Below are positions 10,428 through 18,550 of a stretch of DNA of 64,000 nt, in pieces (the first letter of the stretch is position 1; each line of letters opens with the position of its first letter). Origin of the DNA: Acidobacteriota bacterium (GTDB lineage Bacteria; Acidobacteriota; Vicinamibacteria; Vicinamibacterales; 2-12-FULL-66-21). Location: NCBI GenBank assembly GCA_046732715.1, contig JBKPNQ010000046.1, forward strand, positions 25,465 to 89,464. The letters run 5' to 3'. The position numbers and the translations under genes were made by a program. Under the pieces are notes generated by a model, which saw nothing but the letters and a program-made list of their open reading frames with translations, was not told the origin of the DNA and searched no databases.

Positions 10428-11832
10428 AGGGACTAGCGATTCGAGCGCGCCCGAACAAAAAGTACACGGGAACACCCGCGGCGATCACCGCGACGCCTGC
10501 GAGCGCCGGCGCGCCGTTGCGGATCATCTCATTGACGACCATCGCGGCGCCTGCGACCACGAAGATGGCCGGCGCCCACGGATAGCCCCAGGCCCGGAAC
10601 GGGCGCGGCGCATCGGGCTCACGGCGACGGAGCACGAAAACGCAGAGCACCGCGATCGCCGAGAACAGGATGACGGCGAACCCGGTGTAGCTGACGAGCT
10701 GCGAGAGCGATCCGCAGAGCACCAGGACGGTGCTCCAGATTGCCTGCGCAACGATGGCGGCGGCTGGCGTGTGAAACCGCGGGTGCACTCGTGCCGCAGA
10801 CTGGAGGAACAAGCCGTCTTTCGCCATCGCGTAGTACACGCGCGGGCCGGCGAGCGTCATCGCGCTGATGCTCGCGCTCAAGCTGACGATGGTGAAGAGG
10901 GCAATGGCATTCGCCGCCGCGACGCCGAACAGGCGCTCACCGACGACGTCGAGCAGGCGGCCCGGCAGCGCGGCAAGCTGCGGCGCGCTCAGCACGTGGA
11001 GGTAGAGCGCATTCAGCGCCACATAAATCACAATCACGGTTGCTGTGCCGAGACCGAGCGCCAGCGGCACGTTTCGCCCTGGATTCCGGACTTCCTCCGC
11101 GACATACACCGCCGCGTTCCAGCCCGAGTAAGTGAACATGATCGGCACGAGCGCGAGCAGCATCCCCGAGAACGGAACCGCCGTCGTCGCCACCGTGCTC
11201 GCGTCGGGAGAGGCGGCGCCGGAACCGACCATGAAGCCAAGCGCAATGATGATCGCCAGCGCACCTGCTTTCAGCCCGGCGAGCGCGTTCTGCACGATCC
11301 GACCAGGGCCGAGACCGCGGATGTGGATGAACGCGAGGACCGCGATCGGCACCAGCGCAACCATCGCGCGGCGTGAAACGATCAATGGCACCAACGGCAA
11401 CGGCAGCGTGACGATCGGCGTCGTGTCGGCTGCCGCCGGTATGAACCGCCCGATGTAGTCTGCAACCGCCACCGCACTGGCGGCGATGGCGCCCGAAAAG
11501 CCGGCGACGAACGACGTCCATCCGGTGAGAAACGCCGCGAGCGGTCCAAACGCCTCTCGCAAGTACACGTACTCGCCGCCGGCCCGCGGCCGCAACGCGG
11601 ACAGCTCCGCGTAAGCCATGGCGCCCGCAAATGCCAGCGCGCCTCCAAGCAGCCACACCGACAGAATCGCCGACGGCGTGCCGACCATCTGGGCGACGAT
11701 GATCGGCACGAAGAAGATGCCGCCGCCGATGACGTTGGAGATGACGATCGCCGCCGCGTCGATTGGACCAAGCCGTCGATCGAGGGCTGACGACGATGGC
11801 GGAGGTGTTACGGGACGGGGAGCGCGCGACAC
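10426..11832 (-). CDS. APC-family amino acid permease
   Basis: 468 aa, about 12 TM. LGPIDAAAIVISNVIGGGIFFVP, YAELSALRPRAGGEYVYLREAFG. Confidence 0.9.
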   Translation of the reverse strand: MSRAPRPVTPPPSSSALDRRLGPIDAAAIVISNVIGGGIFFVPIIVAQMVGTPSAILSVWLLGGALAFAGAMAYAELSALRPRAGGEYVYLREAFGPLAAFLTGWTSFVAGFSGAIAASAVAVADYIGRFIPAAADTTPIVTLPLPLVPLIVSRRAMVALVPIAVLAFIHIRGLGPGRIVQNALAGLKAGALAIIIALGFMVGSGAASPDASTVATTAVPFSGMLLALVPIMFTYSGWNAAVYVAEEVRNPGRNVPLALGLGTATVIVIYVALNALYLHVLSAPQLAALPGRLLDVVGERLFGVAAANAIALFTIVSLSASISAMTLAGPRVYYAMAKDGLFLQSAARVHPRFHTPAAAIVAQAIWSTVLVLCGSLSQLVSYTGFAVILFSAIAVLCVFVLRRREPDAPRPFRAWGYPWAPAIFVVAGAAMVVNEMIRNGAPALAGVAVIAAGVPVYFLFGRARIASP

Positions 11833-11839
11833 GAGTGGG

Positions 11840-12325
11840 CTACTGCGTCAGCAATTGCCGGGTCACCGGCACGCGCTGCAGCTCGACCCACTGCGACGAG
11901 CTCTGTTTGGCGAAGATCGACACTTCCATGTCGCGGAACTGGCTGTTCTTCAGCATCTCCACCCGTGTCTGCGGTGGATCGCCGGTGTACCCCCATTGGG
12001 TCCGCACCGTGATCGGCTTGGTTTCCGTCGCCTCGAACGGCACGCTTTGCACAAACACATCGTCTGCGTGATCCGACGTGCCGGCAAAGAGGAATCCAAC
12101 GTTGAGCGACACCGATGACAGGTTGACATCGGCATTCTTCTTGAGTTTGAAAGTGACGCTCGGGACGAGCTTGTTCTTGCCAGCCTGCACGCCAGCGTCG
12201 AAATAGCCGGACGAGACGTCGGTCACCTGCAGCGATTGTTTCAGATCGACCGGTGGACCGCAGCTGACGGTCAAGAATGGAACCAACAGGATGGACAGAA
12301 CGGCGAGAGCGGGGCGCCGGATCAT
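11840..12325 (-). CDS. lipoprotein, unknown function
   Basis: 161 aa. Lipobox FLTVSC-G. The rest is a hydrophilic beta-rich sequence. Confidence 0.6.
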   Translation of the reverse strand: MIRRPALAVLSILLVPFLTVSCGPPVDLKQSLQVTDVSSGYFDAGVQAGKNKLVPSVTFKLKKNADVNLSSVSLNVGFLFAGTSDHADDVFVQSVPFEATETKPITVRTQWGYTGDPPQTRVEMLKNSQFRDMEVSIFAKQSSSQWVELQRVPVTRQLLTQ

Positions 12326-12340
12326 CGCTGGATTCTAACT

Positions 12341-12420
12341 CAGTCCCCAGTTTCCGGTTGCCAGTTTCCAGTTGTCAGTTCCGACTCGAAACTGAACCGG
12401 AAACTGGAGACGGGGAACTG
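12341..12420. repeat. heptamer-phased (CAGTTNC) palindromic element / terminator-like hairpin
   Basis: CAGTCCC CAGTTTC CGGTTGC CAGTTTC CAGTTGT CAGTTCC, then the inverse arm. A perfect 13-bp inverted repeat is CCAGTTTCCGGTT (12347-12359) / AACCGGAAACTGG (12395-12407). Confidence 0.7.
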
Positions 12421-12422
12421 GC

Positions 12423-13136
12423 CTAGAATTGCCGCACCTCGACCTTGGTCCGGGCTTCATCCCTCGTCAGGCGGCCAGCGAGATAGTCCGCGAGATCGCT
12501 GCCTTTGATTCGCAGGACGACGGTCGGCCGTTGAATCAGGTCGCCAGGCGTCAACGAGCCATCACTGCCTCGAGCCGCCACCGAGAGCCACTCGTCTGCC
12601 TTGAGCTCGAGATTCTTGCTCAAGTCGAGCATCGTGTCGGTGAGCTGTAGCTTGACCTCGCTGTGATATTTCTCGCCGGTGTCCATGACAGATTTCAAGT
12701 TCTCCCGGGCGATCTTTGGGATCGGACTTGGATCGCCCTTGTCGTCTGGCGGTCTATCGTTGACGGGCTTCGCTCCCTGATCGGCCTCCGCCCGCTGGGG
12801 CGCATCGCGCTCGAGCTGATCGAGAATCAGACTGAGCGTCAAATCGAGCGCCGGAACCTCGACGTAGACGAAGACGCCATATCCGTCGAGGATGAACCCC
12901 TTCGCATGGGCGTCGCTGGTCATGAAATTCGCGTTGCTGTTTCGTGACTGGACGTCCTTGGCGACGCGACGGGCGGCGTTGGTGACCGCCCGTTCGAGCG
13001 CACCTTCGAATAGATTGATCTGCTCGTGCCGCCGGACCTGATCGGGTCCGGGAGCCACCGGCGTTTGCGCCGCCAGCAGGGCCGGCAACATCAGCACCGG
13101 TATCGTTAGCATCGTCACCGCGATCGCTCGCTTCAC
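12423..13136 (-). CDS. secreted protein, unknown function (downstream of ECF sigma/anti-sigma pair)
   Basis: 237 aa. Signal peptide MKRAIAVTMLTIPVLMLPALLAAQ. Confidence 0.6.
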   Translation of the reverse strand: MKRAIAVTMLTIPVLMLPALLAAQTPVAPGPDQVRRHEQINLFEGALERAVTNAARRVAKDVQSRNSNANFMTSDAHAKGFILDGYGVFVYVEVPALDLTLSLILDQLERDAPQRAEADQGAKPVNDRPPDDKGDPSPIPKIARENLKSVMDTGEKYHSEVKLQLTDTMLDLSKNLELKADEWLSVAARGSDGSLTPGDLIQRPTVVLRIKGSDLADYLAGRLTRDEARTKVEVRQF

Positions 13137-13155
13137 GGCTCACCTCACCTCGTAT

Positions 13156-13890
13156 CTACTTCGACTCGAGCGCGGTACGAACGAGTAAGCGCTGCAAGTA
13201 ATTGTTCGTCAAACCACTGGTGTTCTGCAGCCGGGTAATACGCTGATCGGTCGTCGCGAGATCGAGGCGCCGTTGCGCGTCGTACTCGTGCATCATCTCG
13301 CTGAGACGTGCGGCAAGCGCACGCTGCTGACGCGTCTCGCTCTGGCCGACAATGTCGCGCACCCGCTGAATCAATTCCGAATCGCTCAGCGCCGATGCCG
13401 ACGCATTCTGCACGGCAGACCGCTCGGACGCGGCCCGCTCGAGATCGCGGAGACGCCGATCGAGCGCCTCCGCTTGCGCCTTCCAGTCCACGGGAGTCAC
13501 GCGTGCCTGCGCATCCGCCGCGTGATTCCAGCCAGTGCGCACGACCAGCCCGTCGCTGCCGTACCGGACATCGAGATTGGCGATCGCCGCGCCGATGGCG
13601 AACATGATGATGGCCGCCGCGGCCAGTCCCCACGCCGGAGAAAAAGAGAACCAGCGCGATCGCGATGGCGCGGGCGCGGGCTCAGCAGGGCCGCGGACTA
13701 TGCGAAACCCGAGGTCGGCATCCGGCGGGGCCCACAACGCAATCTGCTCACGCGTGGCGCCGAGTTCCGCCAGCTCGTCGCGACAGGCGGCGCAGGTTTT
13801 GAGATGGCGTTCGAACGTTCGCTTCGAGACCGGATCGATCTCGTCATACAGAAATCCGACGAGCAGTTCCTTGCTATCGCACATATGCAT
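13156..13890 (-). CDS. anti-sigma factor (zf-HC2 type, single TM)
   Basis: 244 aa. N-terminal H-x3-C-x2-C (HLKTCAACRDEL). TM WGLAAAAIIMFAIGAAIA. Sits immediately downstream of the ECF sigma gene. Confidence 0.75.
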   Translation of the reverse strand: MHMCDSKELLVGFLYDEIDPVSKRTFERHLKTCAACRDELAELGATREQIALWAPPDADLGFRIVRGPAEPAPAPSRSRWFSFSPAWGLAAAAIIMFAIGAAIANLDVRYGSDGLVVRTGWNHAADAQARVTPVDWKAQAEALDRRLRDLERAASERSAVQNASASALSDSELIQRVRDIVGQSETRQQRALAARLSEMMHEYDAQRRLDLATTDQRITRLQNTSGLTNNYLQRLLVRTALESK

Positions 13891-13917
13891 GTCGCCTCAC
13901 CGGGTCAGGCCACCCGG

Positions 13918-14559
13918 TCATTTTCGAAATGTACTCTCGACACCAGCTTCGCGCAGCTGTTTCCGGAGCACCGTGAGTCCCTGATACAAACGGGTTTTTA
14001 CCGTACTCAGCGGGCAATCCAGGAGATCGGCAATTTCCTGGAACGTCAGCCCGTGGTACTCCTTGAGAATGATGGCGGTCCGCTGCTCGTCCGGCAGCTG
14101 CGACATCGCTTTACCCACGGCACGTCCGATCTCGTGCCGGGACACGAGCTGCTCGATGGTTTCCGACGGCGACGTCTCGCCAGCCAGCTCGATCACGTCG
14201 ACGCCTTCCGGCGCCTGGACGACCGGCGTCCGGCGCTCGCGCCGGATCCAGTCCCGGCAAAGATTCAACGTAATCCGATAGAGCCATGACGAAAATTTCG
14301 CCTGTCCCTTGAAACCCTTGAGGGCGCGGAACGCGCGCAGAAACGTTTCCTGCGCAACATCTCGCGCGTCCTCTTCCCGGCCGATGACGCGGTACGCCAG
14401 GGCATAGATAGGCCGCTCCCAGCGCAGGACCAGCTGGTTAAAGCTGTCGAGATCGCCCCCCATGGAGCGGGCGACCAGCTCTTCATCTGTGGACGGCATG
14501 CCCTGTGGACCGGTCGGACCTTTCGCGTCGCCCGCCCGTTCTGATGGTTTAGACGCCAC
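13918..14559 (-). CDS. ECF-type RNA polymerase sigma-70 factor
   Basis: 213 aa. Region 2 is DVAQETFLRAFRALKGFKGQAKFSSWLYRITLNLCRDWIRR. Region 4 is EQRTAIILKEYHGLTFQEIADLLDCPLSTVKTRLYQG. Confidence 0.9.
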   Translation of the reverse strand: MASKPSERAGDAKGPTGPQGMPSTDEELVARSMGGDLDSFNQLVLRWERPIYALAYRVIGREEDARDVAQETFLRAFRALKGFKGQAKFSSWLYRITLNLCRDWIRRERRTPVVQAPEGVDVIELAGETSPSETIEQLVSRHEIGRAVGKAMSQLPDEQRTAIILKEYHGLTFQEIADLLDCPLSTVKTRLYQGLTVLRKQLREAGVESTFRK

Positions 14560-14612
14560 ACGGGCGGCAGCAGTCGGATCCCCATTTTACCTTTTCAGCT
14601 CAAGCTCTTAGA

Positions 14613-16217
14613 ATGCGTGCGACCCGCCCTTTCATGGCTCTCGAGCCTGCCCTTTCGCTGCATCGCCGCATCCAGGAGCTGCTCCTCGGCTTTTCACGGG
14701 GGGTTTCCGCCACCCTCAGCCTGGGCGGCGCGCTGGAGTCGCTCTGCTTAGAATTGAACGACCTGTTCGGGACCCGGCGGGTGTCGGTCTGGATTCACTA
14801 CCGACGTGCGCGCGAGCTGGCGCTGGCGGGCTCGTCCGATCGCGCGTATGCCGCCGGGGATACGAGGGTCCAGACTGAATCCGATACGATTCCGGCTCGC
14901 GGGCTCAGGCTCGATGCGCCGCAATTCATCGGACCGGCACCGGACGGCGGCCGGATCCTCGTCGCGCCGCTTCGCGGCTGGCGCCGCGCGCTCGGCACCG
15001 TCGTCGTCGAAGGCGAGCCACAAGATCTCGACGATCAGCAGTTTGTCGACGCGCTCTACGACTTCGGCCGGCAGTTCTCGTTCGCACTCGAGAACGTCCA
15101 GTTGCTCGAAGAAGTGCTTCAGCAGCGCCGGCTGCTGGAAGACACGTTCAACTCGCTCATCGATCTCGTCGTCGTCACCGACAGCGACAGCCGTGTCGTG
15201 CAGATGAACGACGCGTTTGCCTCGCGCGTCGGCAGTTCGCGTCGGGCCCTGATCGATCGCCCTCTGGCGGAGCTGGTGAACGCCGAGATCGCGCAATGGG
15301 TCGTCGCGTCCGATCCAATGGGCCGCGTCGCTGAGCCCTCACCGCCGGTCTCGGCGTCGGTGCGGGTTCGCCAATTCACCGACGATCGCCTCGGCGGAAT
15401 CTTTGCCGCCACCGTGACACCGCTCATCAACCACGAAGGGAACCCGACCGGACGGGTCCTCGTCGCGCGCGACATCACCGCGCAGGTCCAGCTTGAAACC
15501 GAGCGCGAAGCGCTCCGCGGCCGGCTCGCACAGTCCGAGAAACTCGCGTCGCTCGGCCAGTTCGTCGCCGGAATCGCCCACGAGATGAACAACCCGCTGC
15601 AGGGAGTGCTCGGACACCTCGAATTGCTCATTGAAACGTCCGATGCCGCAAAACCGGTGCGCCCCACGCTCCGCCGGATTTATCAGGAAGGCGACCGCGC
15701 GGCGAAAATCGTTCGCAACCTGCTCATCTTCACCGGCTCGCAGCGCATGTCGCGGCAGCGGTTGCGGGTCGATCGCGTGCTCGCCAGGGCGCTCGCCAGC
15801 CGCGCCGCTTCATTGCGGCGCAACGCGATCGAAGTGTCGCGGCAATACGAGGACGCGTTACGCATCTCGGCGGATCCGCTGCTGCTGCAGCAAGCCCTGC
15901 TGAACATCCTCATCAACGCCGAACACGCAATCGTCGCAACCGGCAAGCCCGGGCGCATTTTCACGGCGATCGCGTCCGCAAATAACGGACAAACGGTTCG
16001 GCTCACGATCGAGGACTCGGGACCTGGCATTCCGGTGGACGTGCTGCCACGAATCTTCGATCCGTTCTTCACGACAAAAGACGTCGGTCAGGGAACGGGA
16101 CTCGGCCTGGCAATTACCTACGGCATCATCCAGGAGCACGGCGGCACGGTGCACGTCGCGAACGTTCCGAACGGCGGCGCCCGATTCACGATCGACTTGC
16201 CGGCGCTACTCCCCTAA
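14613..16217 (+). CDS. cytoplasmic GAF-PAS sensor histidine kinase
   Basis: 534 aa, with no TM segment seen. H-box LGQFVAGIAHEMNNPL. HATPase motifs NILINAEHA, EDSGPGI, GTGLGLAI. Confidence 0.9.
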   Translation: MRATRPFMALEPALSLHRRIQELLLGFSRGVSATLSLGGALESLCLELNDLFGTRRVSVWIHYRRARELALAGSSDRAYAAGDTRVQTESDTIPARGLRLDAPQFIGPAPDGGRILVAPLRGWRRALGTVVVEGEPQDLDDQQFVDALYDFGRQFSFALENVQLLEEVLQQRRLLEDTFNSLIDLVVVTDSDSRVVQMNDAFASRVGSSRRALIDRPLAELVNAEIAQWVVASDPMGRVAEPSPPVSASVRVRQFTDDRLGGIFAATVTPLINHEGNPTGRVLVARDITAQVQLETEREALRGRLAQSEKLASLGQFVAGIAHEMNNPLQGVLGHLELLIETSDAAKPVRPTLRRIYQEGDRAAKIVRNLLIFTGSQRMSRQRLRVDRVLARALASRAASLRRNAIEVSRQYEDALRISADPLLLQQALLNILINAEHAIVATGKPGRIFTAIASANNGQTVRLTIEDSGPGIPVDVLPRIFDPFFTTKDVGQGTGLGLAITYGIIQEHGGTVHVANVPNGGARFTIDLPALLP

Positions 16218-16793
16218 GGCCTTGGCCGCAACGGCGAGCACACGCGGGACGCGGAATGGCTTGGTGAGATAGCCGGAGACGCCGAGGTTCACCGCCTCGA
16301 TGGCGCTCGCCTCGGTGGAGAAGCCGGTGATGATGATCACCGGGATGTCGGCCTTGAGCCGACGCGCTTCGCGGATGACCGCAAGGCCATCGACGCCGGG
16401 CATCTTCAAATCGGTGATCAATAAGTCGTACGGAATGATGCGAAGCCGTTCGAGCGCGGAGCGTCCGTCTGGCGCGAGATCGACATCGTATTCCGCCAGC
16501 GCGAGCGTTTTTGACAGGAGGTCGCGAATCGTCGCTTCGTCGTCCACGACGAGCACGCGAGGGCGGCCGGCAGAGGCGGCTGGTGCCGCGCGCGATGCCG
16601 CGGGCGGGGTGCCGCGTGTGGCCCGTGGTCGCTGGCTCTCGAGCCACGCGTCGATATCGCGTTTCCGGAAACGCCACTGACGGCCAACGCGGACGGCGGG
16701 GATTTTTCCTGCCTTGATGAGCCGGTAGACGGTGCGCAGATTGACTTGGAGGTAATCCAGTACCTCCTCGGTCGTGAGAAAGCCTTCTTCCAT
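16206..16793 (-). CDS. response regulator with N-terminal excisionase/MerR-type HTH and C-terminal receiver domain
   Basis: 195 aa. FLTTEEVLDYLQVNLRTVYRLIKAGKIPAVRVGRQWRFRKRDIDAWL, then a Pro/Ala/Arg linker, then REC (VLVVDDE, LLITDLKMPGVDG, YLTKP). Confidence 0.85.
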   Translation of the reverse strand: MEEGFLTTEEVLDYLQVNLRTVYRLIKAGKIPAVRVGRQWRFRKRDIDAWLESQRPRATRGTPPAASRAAPAASAGRPRVLVVDDEATIRDLLSKTLALAEYDVDLAPDGRSALERLRIIPYDLLITDLKMPGVDGLAVIREARRLKADIPVIIITGFSTEASAIEAVNLGVSGYLTKPFRVPRVLAVAAKALGE

Positions 16794-16989
16794 TGCGGCG
16801 TAAACGCACTCTACCAGACTCGCTTGTTCCTTGTCGCCTGTGCTTTTTTTCGTGCACAGAATTGCACGCGGTTGCGCGGAGTCACAGCGATCTGCTCACA
16901 AAACCACGATTTCCACGCCGCTTGGTCCGGAAAGCGCTTGACGAAACCCATGGCTGGGTTTACCTTAATGGACGTTAATGTCATATAAA

Positions 16990-17008
16990 GTCTCTTAAGA
17001 GACGTCTC
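16990..17008. promoter_or_regulatory. overlapping perfect palindromes (candidate operator) upstream of the first fibre-subunit gene
   Basis: GTCTCTTAAGAGAC (16990-17003) is a perfect 14-bp palindrome. It overlaps GAGACGTCTC (16999-17008), a perfect 10-bp palindrome. A TATAAA -10-like hexamer sits at 16984-16989 in an AT-rich stretch, and ATG follows at 17050. Confidence 0.45.
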
Positions 17009-17049
17009 AGTACCTGTGAACAGGACAGAATTAAGTGGAGCGGGGAGTC

Positions 17050-17553
17050 ATGAAAAAGGCAGTCTGGAGCGGAGTAATCGCAGCCGCCGTCGTGTTGCTG
17101 GGGTCCTCGTCGGCATTCGCCCAGCAGACGGCCGGTGCGTCGATCGCAGTGACCGCGCATGTCGACGCCAAGGCGAAGCTGACACTGAGCCTGTCGTCGA
17201 TCAACTGGCTCGACGCCGACCCTGACGTCACGCCGACCTTTAGCTCGGGGCCGATCACGGTGGACGTCAAAGCGCGCACGTCGACGGGCGGAGCCGTCAC
17301 CGTCACGGTGCTCGCGGATGGTGAACTGGTGTCGGGGACCGACACGATCCCGGTCAACACCTTGGCGTGGACGGCGAGCGGCACGGGCTTTACCGCAACG
17401 GGGAACAACAGCTTTACGGCGGCGCAAACGCTTGGCTCCTGGACGAACTCCGGCAGCCATACCGGTACGCAGACACTCACCTTGCCCAACTCCTGGACGT
17501 ACAAGACCGGCACCTACACCGCCACGTTGAATTACACGTTGACGGCTCCTTAA
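17050..17553 (+). CDS. secreted fibre-subunit-like protein, paralog 1 (candidate major subunit)
   Basis: 167 aa from ATG 17050, with GGGGAG 5 nt upstream. Signal peptide ...GSSSAFA-QQ, no Cys. Motifs shared with three paralogs: LTLSLSS..DADPD..GPITV..KARTS, W(T)xSG..GTQT, N.W.Y..GTYT.T..YTLTAP. Confidence 0.7.
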   Translation: MKKAVWSGVIAAAVVLLGSSSAFAQQTAGASIAVTAHVDAKAKLTLSLSSINWLDADPDVTPTFSSGPITVDVKARTSTGGAVTVTVLADGELVSGTDTIPVNTLAWTASGTGFTATGNNSFTAAQTLGSWTNSGSHTGTQTLTLPNSWTYKTGTYTATLNYTLTAP

Positions 17554-17561
17554 CCGATAAA

Positions 17562-17607
17562 GAAATGCGGGGGTCCCGGTCCGCACGTGCGGCCCGGCCC
17601 GCATTTC
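17562..17607 (+). terminator. strong intercistronic stem-loop after paralog 1 (attenuator / mRNA 3'-end stabiliser candidate)
   Basis: GAAATGCGGG (17562-17571) pairs with CCCGCATTTC (17598-17607). The loop contains the 12-bp palindrome CCGCACGTGCGG (17581-17592). It lies 9 nt after the stop and 3 nt before the next ATG. Confidence 0.5.
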
Positions 17608-17609
17608 CG

Positions 17610-18101
17610 ATGCGAGTGATCGCTCCTGCGTTGTTTCTTCTCCTGGTTGTGGCGGCCGGTCGTGTGCCGGCCGCCCAAACCAGCACCGCCACGCTGAATG
17701 CCTCGATCAACAGCGTGGCACGATTGTCACTGTCCTCGGCGGCTCTGACGTTCCCCGACGCCGACCCGGATACCGTCCCCAGCATTCAAGCGTCGCAAGG
17801 TCCGATTACGGTGACCGCCAAGGCCCGCACGTCGCCGAACGGCACCATCACGCTGACCGTGGCCGCAAGCGATGAACTGCGTTCGGGTCTCGACACGATA
17901 CCCGCGTCGAATATCACGTGGGTGGCAGCCGGCGGGGGCTTCAGTAACGGCACCTTGAGCGCAACCACGGCACAGGCGGTCGCCACGTGGACCGGCTCGG
18001 GGGTGCGGACGGGAACGCAGACGTTTTTCTTCCGGAACATCTGGTCCTACGCGACCGGCACCTATACGTTGACGATCACCTACACCTTGTCGGCAGCATG
18101 A
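17610..18101 (+). CDS. secreted fibre-subunit-like protein, paralog 2
   Basis: 163 aa from ATG 17610 (MRVIAPALFLLLVVAAGRVPAAQ...). Same motif set: LSLSS..FPDADPDTVP..GPITVTAKARTS, WTGSGVRTGTQT, GTYTLTITYTLSAA. Confidence 0.7.
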   Translation: MRVIAPALFLLLVVAAGRVPAAQTSTATLNASINSVARLSLSSAALTFPDADPDTVPSIQASQGPITVTAKARTSPNGTITLTVAASDELRSGLDTIPASNITWVAAGGGFSNGTLSATTAQAVATWTGSGVRTGTQTFFFRNIWSYATGTYTLTITYTLSAA

Positions 18102-18550
18102 GGAGACTCCTTCCGCTCCTGGCGCTCTTCTTTTGTGCGTCGTCGCCGGCGCTGGCGCAGACTCTGACGCTGTCGGTGTCGCCTACCGTGATCACATTCC
18201 CCTCGAGCGACCCCGACACCGTCCCGCTCATCTCGGCGCCGCCCGTGCAGGTCACGTATCGAATCCGCGCGAACGGCAACTCACCGTGGTCCCTCACGGT
18301 GCTCGCAGCCGACGACCTGGTCGCCGGCGCGTCGCGAATTGATATCTCGAACGTCACGTGGGTGGCCACCCCGGCGCCGCCTTTTCAGAACGGCACGCTC
18401 AGCAAGACCGTGGCACAGCGTGTCGCATCCGGCAATGGCAACGTCAGCCCCGACGCGCTCGGGTCGATCACCTTTCGATTGGCGAACTCATGGACCTACA
18501 ACCCCGGCTCGTACACGCAGACCGTTCTGTTCACGCTCAGCGTCCCGTAG
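18098..18550 (+). CDS. secreted fibre-subunit-like protein, paralog 3 (lacks the N-terminal extension)
   Basis: 150 aa from ATG 18098, with an ATGA overlap on the paralog 2 stop. MRRLLPLLALFFCASSPALA-QTLTLSVSP..FPSSDPDTVP..., NSWTYNPGSYTQTVLFTLSVP. Confidence 0.7.
   Translation: MRRLLPLLALFFCASSPALAQTLTLSVSPTVITFPSSDPDTVPLISAPPVQVTYRIRANGNSPWSLTVLAADDLVAGASRIDISNVTWVATPAPPFQNGTLSKTVAQRVASGNGNVSPDALGSITFRLANSWTYNPGSYTQTVLFTLSVP

Noticed and set aside
16848-16880. Sigma-54-like strings GTGCACAGAATTGCA and TTGCACGCGGTTGCG upstream of the fibre locus
   Set aside because: In both strings the GG/GC spacing is one nucleotide short of the strict -24/-12 geometry, and the first lacks the GG. A weaker TGGTCC-N5-GCGCT at 16923-16938 has correct spacing but a poor -12 element, so it is not called either.
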